From assembly GCA_900316355.1 (NCBI GenBank), contig ONCQ01000003.1, positions 6,113-70,112 on the forward strand: DNA of 64,000 nucleotides. The letters run 5' to 3'. This stretch comes from an uncultured Prevotellaceae bacterium. GTDB lineage: Bacteria; Bacteroidota; Bacteroidia; Bacteroidales; Bacteroidaceae. Position 1 is the stretch's first letter; the number at the start of each line of letters is the position of its first letter. Below are positions 1 to 8,851 of the stretch, one piece after another. The translations under genes were made by a program, and so were the position numbers. The notes under the pieces were generated by a model, which was not told the DNA's origin, did no database searches, and saw only the letters and a list, made by a program, of their open reading frames with translations.

Positions 1-769
1 CAACGGCGAGGAGTTCATGCAGAAGTACGACAAGCGCCTCTCGCTGGCACCCCGCGACATCGTGGCCCGCGCCATCGACAAGGAGATGAAGATCCACGGC
101 ATCGACCACGTCTGCCTCGACGTCACCCATAAAGACCCCGAGGAGACCAAGCACCACTTCCCTAACATCTACGCCAAGTGCCTCAGCATCGGCATCGATA
201 TTACGAAGCAATACATCCCTGTGGTGCCCTGTGCCCACTACATGTGCGGCGGCATCAAGGTGGACTTGAACGGCGAGAGCACCATCCACCGCCTCTATGC
301 CGTCGGCGAGTGCTCCTGCACGGGTCTGCACGGCGGCAACCGCCTCGCCTCGAACTCCCTCATCGAAGCCGTCGTCTATGCCGACAAGGCCGCAGAACAC
401 AGCATCGCGCACATCGATGACTACCAGTTCAACACGCAGGTGCCCGAGTGGAACGACGAGGGCACGCTGACCAACGAGGAGAAAGTGCTCATCGCCCAGG
501 ACATGAAGGAGGTGGGACAGATCATGTCCAACTATGTGGGCATTGTGCGCAGCGACCTGCGCCTGCATCGCGCCTGGACGCGTCTGGACATCATCTATGA
601 GGAGACGGAGGAACTGTTCAAGCGCGTGAAAGCCTCCAAGGACATCTGCGAGCTCCGCAACATGGTCAATGTCGGCTATCTCATTACACGTCAGGCCATC
701 GAGCGCAAGGAAAGCCGTGGTCTCCACTACACCGTCGATTACCCCAAGCACGCCTACGACCAGAAGTAA
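1..769 (+). CDS. nadB: L-aspartate oxidase, C-terminal part; the gene starts upstream of the window
   Basis: The ORF runs in frame from position 2. The conserved stretch RLYAVGECSCTGLHGGNRLASNSLIEAVVYA matches NadB and the fumarate-reductase flavoprotein family. Confidence 0.8.
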   Translation, partial: NGEEFMQKYDKRLSLAPRDIVARAIDKEMKIHGIDHVCLDVTHKDPEETKHHFPNIYAKCLSIGIDITKQYIPVVPCAHYMCGGIKVDLNGESTIHRLYAVGECSCTGLHGGNRLASNSLIEAVVYADKAAEHSIAHIDDYQFNTQVPEWNDEGTLTNEEKVLIAQDMKEVGQIMSNYVGIVRSDLRLHRAWTRLDIIYEETEELFKRVKASKDICELRNMVNVGYLITRQAIERKESRGLHYTVDYPKHAYDQK

Positions 770-788
770 CCCCCTCCCCAATTATACA

Positions 789-819
789 TTTCTTAACACA
801 TTTCATGCGCACACCGCAC
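789..819 (+). repeat. Copy 1 of a conserved ~30-bp motif, TTTCTTAACA(c/a)(a/t)TTTCATGCGCACACCGC
   Basis: Seen directly in the sequence. It sits 18 nt downstream of the minus-strand Fic stop codon, between convergent genes. Confidence 0.7.
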
Positions 820-836
820 GGCCATTGACGATAGAT

Positions 837-1646
837 TTAGAAGAGGAACAGACCGAGGTGGGTGTTGTTGCGTTTCTGCGCGAGTTCACTCTCCATCCGC
901 TCTATGGCGACACGGAAGAAGAAGGAGATGAGGTATTCATCGGTGCCTTCGGTGCGCTTTTGGCGGAGAGCGTTGATGTATGCTTCGCGGTCTTTGATGT
1001 CTATGATAAGAATAGGATGTCCCTTATGCAAGAGTATCCAATTGGAGAGCAGACGTCCTGTGCGACCATTGCCGTCGCGGAAGGGATGAAGGTACTCAAA
1101 GAATCCGTGGAAGCGGGCTGCAACAATCATCGGATGCACATCGCGCCCGAGGGCATCTGCCGTGGATGCCATCAATGCGGGCACCCGGGCCACCAGCGTC
1201 TCATGATTGCCGAAAACCGTGTCGCCCGCCGCCATATCTTCCGTTGTATATGCCCCTGGTAGGGCACCTGGGGCGCGATAAGCCAATGTGTTTTCCGTTA
1301 CCAAACGGTTCGTCTCACACAGCAAGGCCTCGTCGAAAGGCGCATCCAAATGCGTGGTCACATAGCGGAAGGCACGGAAATGGTCGGCCATCTCCGTACA
1401 TTCCAGCAGGGAATGTCCCACGGGAACCATCGCCAAACCCTGTTCTTTCAGGATACGCGTGTCGTCAATAGTGAACGAATTGCCCTCGATGGCACATGAG
1501 TGGGTGGAGAATAGCACCTCGTGCCAGTCCATGTAGTCGGCTGGTGCCATCCTTTTGACGATACGTTCTTCATACTCGCATCGTACCTGCTCATAATGCT
1601 TTATTTCCTGTTCAAACATTGCCTTTCGAAGCTCATTGAATGACAA
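837..1646 (-). CDS. Fic/DOC family protein, a putative AMPylase with an N-terminal inhibitory helix
   Basis: Canonical Fic motif HPFRDGNGRTGR. An upstream SxxxEG inhibitory motif (SCAIEG) is also present. Confidence 0.85.
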   Translation of the reverse strand: MSFNELRKAMFEQEIKHYEQVRCEYEERIVKRMAPADYMDWHEVLFSTHSCAIEGNSFTIDDTRILKEQGLAMVPVGHSLLECTEMADHFRAFRYVTTHLDAPFDEALLCETNRLVTENTLAYRAPGALPGAYTTEDMAAGDTVFGNHETLVARVPALMASTADALGRDVHPMIVAARFHGFFEYLHPFRDGNGRTGRLLSNWILLHKGHPILIIDIKDREAYINALRQKRTEGTDEYLISFFFRVAIERMESELAQKRNNTHLGLFLF

Positions 1647-1998
1647 AAGTACGGTTTATTTCTGGACCGACAAAGGAAATTCGGTAATTTTTCGCATCCT
1701 GCCGCAAAAAGCACCTCCGAGAGGCGGTGGAGAGGCGTTGAGGATTTCAGCTCCGGCCGCTCAGGGATGATTGATATGTACCAAAAAAGTAGGAATGTTT
1801 CTTGAATCAGCCAAAAGAATCAAAGGAATTTAGTTGTTAGGCTACAAAAATAAGTTTCACATTTGGCCATATCTGCATCTGTTTTTATCGTGTAATTCCC
1901 GTCACGGAAAGTCCGTCATGGAACTTACACGATGCAAAGATACCGTGTTTCGTGAAAGGCAAGAACAGAAAAGTGAAAAACCACCTCAAATAACAACA

Positions 1999-2027
1999 TT
2001 TCTTAACAATTTTCATGCGCACACCGC
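1999..2027 (+). repeat. Copy 2 of the 30-bp motif
   Basis: Near-identical to copy 1. It lies 35 nt past the stop of the minus-strand anti-sigma gene. Confidence 0.7.
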
Positions 2028-2061
2028 TGGTACATCGCGCAAACTAATGGATGATAATGAC

Positions 2062-2466
2062 TTAATTGTAGATCATTTGCTTTTCCCTCATCAACATGAT
2101 GTCCTGAACGTTGGCGATGATGCTGGCGAGACCGAGACTCATCAACAGGGCGAGGGCTGCTGTAGTGATGAAGCGAGAATTTGCTAGTAGCCACAGCAGG
2201 ATATCGTTGTGCACCTCAAAGGTGAAGAGGGGAACATCGGCAGGCATCGAAAGCACAAAAGCGATGGTGATAGCACCGCTGATGATACCCACGACAAATG
2301 CTGCAACCGTAGCCATCTTATAGCGGCGGATGGTGGCTTCCTGATGCTGCTTGATATATTCCACAACATCCAGACGCTTGGTGAGGCTGGCCATGAAGTC
2401 GGCACTGTCTTCGAAATGTGGCGCCTGTGCGAGGAAGAGTTCCTCAAGGGCTTTATCTTTTGTCAT
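2062..2466 (-). CDS. Putative anti-sigma factor; membrane protein co-transcribed with the ECF sigma gene
   Basis: ATGA start/stop overlap with the upstream ECF sigma gene. A single central hydrophobic helix is predicted. There is no homology call beyond gene context. Confidence 0.5.
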   Translation of the reverse strand: MTKDKALEELFLAQAPHFEDSADFMASLTKRLDVVEYIKQHQEATIRRYKMATVAAFVVGIISGAITIAFVLSMPADVPLFTFEVHNDILLWLLANSRFITTAALALLMSLGLASIIANVQDIMLMREKQMIYN

Positions 2467-2939
2467 AATCGTAGTTTTTCTTTTAGTTTGTCGCGTCCCC
2501 GTGAGAGCTGTTTCTTGACAGCATCCTCCGAGGTTTCCGTGATGGAGGCAATCTCTTTGATATTATATCCGCTAAGGTAGAATAGTGTGATAGCGGAGCG
2601 TTCCTTAGGAGGAAGGGTGCGAAGGGCGAGATAGAGATCCTGATGCTCGAAAGGCGCGTCGGCAGCAGCGTTGCTGACAAGCGTTCGTGCCTCATCAATG
2701 CTTTCCGTAGTGCGCATACTCGCCTTATGGTTGAGGAACGTGTTGTGGGCAATCTTGAAGAGCCACGAGCGGAAGCGCCCCATGTCCTGATAGCCCGCCG
2801 ACGAGAGATAGGCCTTCACCAGCGTGTCCTGCGCCAGGTCATCTGCATCACTCTTGTTGCCGCAGCAGAGGGCGAGCAGGAAGCCTCTCAAAGCCTCCTG
2901 CTCACGCTCCACTTGCGTTATGAATACTACGCGTGTCAC
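2463..2939 (-). CDS. RNA polymerase ECF-type sigma-70 factor
   Basis: Sigma-70 region 2 and region 4 motifs are readable (DDLAQDTLVKAY...; ITLFYLSGYNIKEIASITETSEDAVKKQLSRGR). Confidence 0.8.
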   Translation of the reverse strand: MTRVVFITQVEREQEALRGFLLALCCGNKSDADDLAQDTLVKAYLSSAGYQDMGRFRSWLFKIAHNTFLNHKASMRTTESIDEARTLVSNAAADAPFEHQDLYLALRTLPPKERSAITLFYLSGYNIKEIASITETSEDAVKKQLSRGRDKLKEKLRL

Positions 2940-2942
2940 GGC

Positions 2943-3395
2943 TTATGCCTGTGTGGCCATTTTCTTTTCTTCTGCCTCTATCTCTTTGGCCAAAACCTTC
3001 TTGCCGACATAATAGTTGATTAGGAAAGCGATGCCGACAGGCAAAAGAAGTGCTCCGAAGAGGGTAAACGGATTGTTATTATTACCCCTGCCTGCAATAA
3101 GATAGCAACCAAAGATTGTTAATGCGAGGCCCAACAGGGTGAGGATGCCACCCCACAGCAGTTTCGTGAGCAGTTTTTCTTTCAGCAGTGTTTTTTGCGG
3201 AGCCATCTTCTTGAGTAAGTCCTCAACGTCCGTCTCGGCGTTTTTCTCGATGGCGGCCAGCACAATCTGTGTTCGTTGATTCGTCTCGTTGATTTTCTTG
3301 CGGTTATTCAGCCATACGATGATGATGGGGAGTGCAACGACACCAATGAGAAAAAAGATCTTAACGATCATTTCCGGTAGGAGATTCAAATTCAT
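2943..3395 (-). CDS. Small membrane protein upstream of the ECF sigma gene (DUF-type)
   Basis: Several predicted TM helices. Its stop lies 3 nt before the sigma start codon, in the same operon. Confidence 0.5.
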   Translation of the reverse strand: MNLNLLPEMIVKIFFLIGVVALPIIIVWLNNRKKINETNQRTQIVLAAIEKNAETDVEDLLKKMAPQKTLLKEKLLTKLLWGGILTLLGLALTIFGCYLIAGRGNNNNPFTLFGALLLPVGIAFLINYYVGKKVLAKEIEAEEKKMATQA

Positions 3396-3505
3396 AATCT
3401 TGTTTTTATTATAGGGTTAAACTTTTGTTTCTTTCTTGAACCGATTCACTTATATAACAGTTCAAGAACGCAAAAGGTGACATACCATAACAAAAAAGTT
3501 ACATC

Positions 3506-3832
3506 CTACTTGTAGTCTGGCTCCCACAGGTGGCGGTTCATGTCCACATGGCCGTTGGGTTTGAAGTGGACGCCCTCCTTCTCCAATAACGTGCGGTGCT
3601 CCAGCCAACCGGGCGCTGTGCGACCTGCGGCGTTGACCACGCGATGACAGGGCAGGCGCTCAGCGCCAGGCGTATAGCGCAATGTCCGCCCCACCAGCCG
3701 TGCGTGACTCGGCCATCCCGCCAATGTGGCGATGAGTCCATAGGTCGTCACACGTCCGCGAGGTATCTGCCCGACGATGTTGAGCACATCATCATGGAAA
3801 GCCCGCGCCTGCTCTGGCGACATCTTATGCAT
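3506..3832 (-). CDS. MGMT-family protein; DNA-binding/active-site domain of methylated-DNA-protein-cysteine methyltransferase
   Basis: Active-site PCHRVV motif. The first Met of the ORF precedes the conserved region by 46 codons, so I start the CDS at the internal Met (MHKMSPEQ). Confidence 0.7.
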   Translation of the reverse strand: MHKMSPEQARAFHDDVLNIVGQIPRGRVTTYGLIATLAGWPSHARLVGRTLRYTPGAERLPCHRVVNAAGRTAPGWLEHRTLLEKEGVHFKPNGHVDMNRHLWEPDYK

Positions 3833-3857
3833 TGAGGATTTGGTTATATGCTTGGCG

Positions 3858-4799
3858 TTACAGCTCCACGGCGGGCCAACCGTAGTCCTGATAGTAGCGG
3901 ACGGGGAGGTTGTGCTGTTGCACGTACTCCTGAAGCTGCTCCTTGCGGACGGCTTCGCGGACATTCTCATTGGAGTGCATGTTCTGGAACACGTCGAAGT
4001 GCTCGCCGAAGATGCGCTGGGCGGTGGGCAGGAAGCGTGAGCCGTCCTCCACGCGCTCGAAGCCTGTCACGGCGAAGCGCCCATCCTTCTCGGACAACGT
4101 CATGAGGCCGGGATGGCTGCCGCCCGATACGGTCTTCAGCGTATCGCCAGCCTGATCATACCAGAACACCCAGAAGTCGCCCCACACACGCATCGGCTGG
4201 CTGTCGTCGTCCTCAGCTGCTATCATCAGCATCGGGATGCATAGCTCGCCCTGCAGGTATTGTGCCCCAATCTCGCAAACCATGTAAGCGCTGATGGCAG
4301 CACGAACGGCCTGCTCGCGGCGGTTGATGGCGATATGACGGAGGCAGTCTGCCTTGTGCTCGTCGAAATCCGACATCAGCCACTGCCCGTCCACACATTC
4401 CATATACAGGCGATGCTCTTCAGCTTCGCTCTCCGAATCCAAGGAACCGTCTTCCCATTTCTGTCGCACCATCACGGTAGCCACCGCGTGCGTCTCGTCC
4501 GTCTGCTGTACGCCCACGACCTCATAGTCCGCAATCGTACCGCCGTTGCCGGTCACGAAATAGTAGAGCCATTCGTGGTCCATAGCCTCGTGCTCCGGCA
4601 GGTGGAACAGCGTGTCGAGGACGGCATAGAAGTCCGCCGTCATGTAGTCTTTCGACTGCTCCAGCAGCTCATGATCCGGGATGTACTGGCATAACTCCGC
4701 TGCGCGCTGGCGCAGACGTTCCCCCTGACTGACACACCCCGCCAGCAACAATCCCAGGCAAAGAAGTGCCGTAGAAAAAAGAATCTTGTACTTACTCAT
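3858..4799 (-). CDS. Hypothetical lipoprotein
   Basis: Signal peptide with an LLAGC lipobox. A TAATTTTG -7 box lies about 45 nt upstream of the start. Confidence 0.6.
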   Translation of the reverse strand: MSKYKILFSTALLCLGLLLAGCVSQGERLRQRAAELCQYIPDHELLEQSKDYMTADFYAVLDTLFHLPEHEAMDHEWLYYFVTGNGGTIADYEVVGVQQTDETHAVATVMVRQKWEDGSLDSESEAEEHRLYMECVDGQWLMSDFDEHKADCLRHIAINRREQAVRAAISAYMVCEIGAQYLQGELCIPMLMIAAEDDDSQPMRVWGDFWVFWYDQAGDTLKTVSGGSHPGLMTLSEKDGRFAVTGFERVEDGSRFLPTAQRIFGEHFDVFQNMHSNENVREAVRKEQLQEYVQQHNLPVRYYQDYGWPAVEL

Positions 4800-4935
4800 A
4801 TTGAATTCTGTTTATCTAAATTCTGTTGATCTATTTGCCTGCAAAATTACACATTATTCCATTACGCCCGCACGAAACCTTCATTTTTTCATTGCCCACC
4901 TCTCTTTTTGAGTCACAACTCTCAGAATTTAAATA

Positions 4936-4965
4936 TTTCTTAACAATTTTCATGCGCACACCGCA
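4936..4965 (+). repeat. Copy 3 of the 30-bp motif
   Basis: Identical core TTTCTTAACAATTTTCATGCGCACACCGC. It lies just beyond the hairpin that follows the minus-strand VirE gene. Confidence 0.7.
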
Positions 4966-4978
4966 TTTTTTGTGTACA

Positions 4979-5015
4979 GGAAAGCCCGAGCGATGCTGAT
5001 GTGCTCGGGCTTTCC
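4979..5015 (-). terminator. Perfect 13-bp stem hairpin downstream of the VirE-like gene
   Basis: GGAAAGCCCGAGC-11 nt-GCTCGGGCTTTCC. There is no clear U-tract on the minus strand and a T-tract on the plus side, so the function is uncertain. Confidence 0.35.
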
Positions 5016-5043
5016 CTTGTGATGATTTCGCTACTTGTGGTGA

Positions 5044-6270
5044 TTACGCTACTTGTGATGATAATGCTGTGATGCGGGGAACGGCATAGTAGAAGCGGCC
5101 GTCGGCATCGCGAGCCATCTGGTAGCCGCGTGCGCTCAGGGCGATGCCCAGCTGCACCTTGGTGGAGTGCGTGGGCTCGATGAAGGGGTACTCCTTCGTG
5201 ACTATCTTCACCAGCGTGCTCATGGGCAGCGGTTCGCAGGGCTCGTCGGCAGCAGGCTGACGGAAGCAGACATCCACCATCTGCTCCAGGTCGTGGGTGG
5301 ACTCGTAGGGCGCATTGGCCAGCTGCAGGCTACGCGTCTCAGCCTCCGTGAGCCAGTAGCGCTCGCTGTTGCGCAGCTCGCTGAGCACCTGCGCATAGAG
5401 CTGTTCGTAGTTGACGGGCGTGAGGTTGTCGATGACGCTGCCGGCGGCAATCTCGATGCACAGGAAACGACGCGAGCCGGTGGGGTCGTGCAGGGGATGC
5501 AGGTTGTTGGTGGTTGCCACGAACGACGCGTAGCGACGGCGGTCGGCCTGCACACGTCCGTAGATGGGGCGCCCATTCACGCGAACCTTCGACAGCAACT
5601 GCTTCAGCTCTGCCTGCTGGCAGCGCCGCACCTGATCCAGCTCGTCGATGTTCACCAACAGATTGTTTGTCAGCGCCATCTCCTTGTCAAACTTGTTGCC
5701 GAGGTTCACATGGTCGAGGAAATACTCGCGCAGGTGCTCGGGCAGCAACAGCCGGCAGAAGGTGCTCTTGCCGCAGCCCTGTGCGCCGATGAGCGTGGGC
5801 ACCACCTCGTTGCCGTGCAGCGCATCCATCTGCATCCAATGCGCCACCATCGAGCGCAGCCAGATGGAGAGCCAGTAGCGCTGCTCGCTGCGGATGCCGG
5901 GCAGGCGGTCGAAGAGTGCGCCTGCGTGGTTCTTGCCATCCCACGCCGGCAGTGCCATCAGCCACTCGCGGACAGGATCGTAGTCAGGCGTCTCGCGCGA
6001 ATAGATAATGGTGGTCAGCTTCTTGCCCACGCCCTGTGCCTCCGGCATCGCCTCTTCGGTTGCGAGCGCGAGACTGTTCATGTCCTCGGCAGTCAGCGCC
6101 CGCCAGACATCTTCGCTCGCATCGCTCGCCAGACTGTCACCCTGCTCGGACGTGCAGCTGTCGCCGCCCTCATTCAGTTCACGATACTCGATTTTGCCGC
6201 TCAACAGGTTGCGGCGGAAAGCATATCCCTCCTTGAGGAACTGCTTGATGTCAGAATTTGTGATTCTCAT
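5044..6270 (-). CDS. Virulence-associated protein E (VirE) / primase C-terminal-like P-loop protein
   Basis: Walker A GAQGCGKST and overall VirE-family architecture. In Bacteroidota this family is usually tied to mobile elements. Confidence 0.75.
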   Translation of the reverse strand: MRITNSDIKQFLKEGYAFRRNLLSGKIEYRELNEGGDSCTSEQGDSLASDASEDVWRALTAEDMNSLALATEEAMPEAQGVGKKLTTIIYSRETPDYDPVREWLMALPAWDGKNHAGALFDRLPGIRSEQRYWLSIWLRSMVAHWMQMDALHGNEVVPTLIGAQGCGKSTFCRLLLPEHLREYFLDHVNLGNKFDKEMALTNNLLVNIDELDQVRRCQQAELKQLLSKVRVNGRPIYGRVQADRRRYASFVATTNNLHPLHDPTGSRRFLCIEIAAGSVIDNLTPVNYEQLYAQVLSELRNSERYWLTEAETRSLQLANAPYESTHDLEQMVDVCFRQPAADEPCEPLPMSTLVKIVTKEYPFIEPTHSTKVQLGIALSARGYQMARDADGRFYYAVPRITALSSQVA

Positions 6271-6727
6271 AATTCTTAAGATTTTTAGTTAAATAATGAA
6301 TGTGATCATTGGGGTTGAATAGCTATTCGGCTGCAAAGATATAACAAAATTTTTGCGCTGTCAAGACCCTTTCGCAGATTTCTAACTTTCAGAAACACAG
6401 CCTGTAATATCATGCTTCTCGCCTGAAGAAAAGCCTCTCCTTCCTAAGGCGTAAACTTCTTCGCCTGCTGCTCCTAACCTCTTTGCTCCTCATCGCAAAA
6501 CCCTACACTTCACGGTGTATAAATAATTTTACTCAGTGATTCCTATAACTCAACCAGTGAGCCGACCAAACCACCGAGTGATTTGTGCAACCCACTCAGT
6601 CATTTTAACAATCATTAAGGCTGCGTATTTGTTTATGTCATGGAGAAGCGATATTTTTGCAGCGTTGAAGAAAACTTATCTCCGTATGCTGCAATATTAC
6701 AAACTCGAACAGCGCGACAGCTTCGAT

Positions 6728-7384
6728 ATGAAGAAGACGCGGACAGTGTATAAACTCAAGAAGAAGGCGACGGTATCGCCTGAGGCGTTTATCCACGAAG
6801 TGGCCAAACGTCGTGGATCCAGCGAGTCGGTCATCTCGGGCGTACTGATGGACGTGGCAGATGAATTAGAGTATCTGCTGGGACAGGGCTACGGCGTCAC
6901 GCTCCCCGGCATCGGCACCTTCACGGTCGGCGTCCGCCTGAAGGAAGAGCGCAAGGAGCAGCTGGAAGAAGAGCAGGACGCTGCTGCTGAGGCTGCCGAG
7001 AGCGGAGGGAAGCCCAAGAAGGTGACGGAGCCCAATGCCCGCAACATAGAGCTCCACCACATCAACTACCGCAAGGACAAACACCTGTTCAGCAATGTGG
7101 CCTCGCGCTTGAATCGTGAGGAGAAACAGCGCATAGGAGGGCGTGAGGGCGTGCGCATCACCATCGACGATTCCTCGCAGAAGCAGCGCATTGCCGCTGC
7201 CCACGAGTTTCTGGAGACGCATTCCTTCATGCGCGTCAGCGACTATGCTGAAATCACAGGGCTGTCACGCTCCAGCGCCCAACGCGAGCTGCGCGAACTG
7301 GTGAAGTTCCAATATTCTGGCATCACCTGCCGGGGTCGGGGCAGCCATCGTGTCTTTGTGCGGTGTGCGCATGAAAAATGTTAA
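6728..7384 (+). CDS. HU-related (histone-like) DNA-binding protein, Bacteroidetes type
   Basis: N-terminus MKKTRTVYKLKKK and a GIGTFTV-type HU fold motif. The first Met of the ORF lies in an AT-rich leader, so the start was moved to the conserved Met. Confidence 0.65.
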   Translation: MKKTRTVYKLKKKATVSPEAFIHEVAKRRGSSESVISGVLMDVADELEYLLGQGYGVTLPGIGTFTVGVRLKEERKEQLEEEQDAAAEAAESGGKPKKVTEPNARNIELHHINYRKDKHLFSNVASRLNREEKQRIGGREGVRITIDDSSQKQRIAAAHEFLETHSFMRVSDYAEITGLSRSSAQRELRELVKFQYSGITCRGRGSHRVFVRCAHEKC

Positions 7385-7388
7385 TAAA
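7358..7388 (-). repeat. Copy 4 of the 30-bp motif, in inverted orientation, overlapping the HU-like stop codon
   Basis: GTGCGGTGTGCGCATGAAAAATGTTAATAAA. It encodes the last residues (VRCAHEKC*) of the HU-like gene. Confidence 0.65.
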
Positions 7389-7440
7389 TCTTTAATTTTA
7401 AAAAGTGGGGCAAAGCAGGTGGGCGTCTCGCAAGAAAATA

Positions 7441-7448
7441 GTACCTTT
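7441..7448 (+). promoter_or_regulatory. Bacteroidetes sigma-A -7 box TACCTTTG
   Basis: Matches TAnnTTTG, 26 nt upstream of the BspA-like start codon. Confidence 0.45.
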
Positions 7449-7473
7449 GCAGCGAAAAACATCATTTGAGCCT

Positions 7474-8832
7474 ATGAAAAAATCTTTTCTCACATGGTTG
7501 ATTCCTGCTATGTTGCTGGGAACTACGATATTGAGCGTCACCGCTTGTGTCAAAGAGGAGGAGAATAATCCACCCGTACAGCCGGAGCCAGGAGGCGGCG
7601 GACAGGAAGAAGATGAGGATGAGGACGAGAAAAGGGAAGTGCAGCCCTTGGATATCCGCGAGATTATTGTCACTGTGGATGAGCAGGGAAAGGCTGACGG
7701 CAACCACCGTTTCCAGAAAATCAACGAGACGAATTTCTATATCGATGACATCAAATACAGGGTCGAGGATGGCGAGCTGGTCGTGTGTGGCTGTAGCCCC
7801 TTTTTCGAAGGGGATGCCGTCATCATCTCGGCGTTGAGGTACCAGGGGAGTACGATGAAGGTGACGAAGATCACTGACGGGGCGTTCCGGGATAGTACGA
7901 TCCTGAAGACATGCATTGTCGGCACCGAGGTGACGACCATCGGAAAGCAGGCGTTCGAGAGTTGCAGCAACCTGGAGGCGGTGGCTATTCCCCGCAGTGT
8001 GAAGAGCATCGGCGGCAACGCGTTCCGCTATTGCTACGAATTGTACTCTGTTCATATCACAGACCTTTCGGCGTGGTGTAAGATTGATTTCAAGATTGAT
8101 GAAGAAATCATCTCTTACAAGTACAATTACACCACGACGAGCAATCCCCTTGCGCATGCCCACCATCTCTATCTGGATAATCAGGAGGTGACGGAGCTGA
8201 CCATTCCCAGTGATGTGACGACAATAAAACAGAATACGTTTGCCGGCTACTGGGGACTGACAGCCATTACCATTCCGGACCATGTGACGAGCATCGGCGT
8301 GCAGGCGTTTGCGCTTTGCCGCGGCCTGACCTCTGTGAATATTCCCAGCAGCGTGACGAGCATCGGGCAGTACGCCTTCTCCGGATGCGAGGGCCTGACC
8401 TCTGTGACCATCCCAAGTAACATAAGGTCCATCGACGATGCGGTGTTTGCCGGTTGCCTCCGCCTGACGTCCATCTCGATTCCGGATCGCGTGACGAGCC
8501 TCGGAAAGTTTGCGTTTTATGAATGCAGCGCCCTGACGTCTGTGACCATCCCGAACAGCGTGACGGACATCGGCGAGAAGGCTTTCCACGGTTGCCTCGG
8601 TCTGACATCGGTGACCATCGGCAGCAGCGTGACGAACATCGCCGTCAATGCCTTCTATTATTGCACTGCTCTGACGGATGTGTATTGCACTGCTGTGAAT
8701 CCGCCTTCGGCCAAGGACGCGTTCACAAATTCTCCCATTTCATCGGCCACGCTCCATGTTCCGGCTCAGTCGCTGGAGGCCTACATGGCGGCTTCTCCCT
8801 GGAGCGAATTTGGCGCCAAGGTGGCTCTTTGA
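7474..8832 (+). CDS. BspA-type leucine-rich-repeat surface protein (lipoprotein)
   Basis: Signal peptide with a TAC lipobox, an acidic linker, and tandem 23-aa LRR_5 units (IPxSVTSIGxxAFxxCxxLTSV). Confidence 0.8.
   Translation: MKKSFLTWLIPAMLLGTTILSVTACVKEEENNPPVQPEPGGGGQEEDEDEDEKREVQPLDIREIIVTVDEQGKADGNHRFQKINETNFYIDDIKYRVEDGELVVCGCSPFFEGDAVIISALRYQGSTMKVTKITDGAFRDSTILKTCIVGTEVTTIGKQAFESCSNLEAVAIPRSVKSIGGNAFRYCYELYSVHITDLSAWCKIDFKIDEEIISYKYNYTTTSNPLAHAHHLYLDNQEVTELTIPSDVTTIKQNTFAGYWGLTAITIPDHVTSIGVQAFALCRGLTSVNIPSSVTSIGQYAFSGCEGLTSVTIPSNIRSIDDAVFAGCLRLTSISIPDRVTSLGKFAFYECSALTSVTIPNSVTDIGEKAFHGCLGLTSVTIGSSVTNIAVNAFYYCTALTDVYCTAVNPPSAKDAFTNSPISSATLHVPAQSLEAYMAASPWSEFGAKVAL
8200..8650 (+). 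repeat. Tandem 69-bp coding repeats (LRR units) inside the BspA-like gene
   Basis: Repeated GCCTGACCTCTGTGA...CCCAGCAGCGTGACGAGCATCGG units are directly visible. Confidence 0.7.
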
Positions 8833-8851
8833 GGACAGACTCGCTGTTTGT

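Noticed and set aside
1834-2187. 117-aa plus-strand ORF spanning the second 30-bp motif
   Set aside because: It overlaps the end of the anti-sigma gene on the opposite strand and runs through an intergenic repeat. It has no coding signal or conserved motif.
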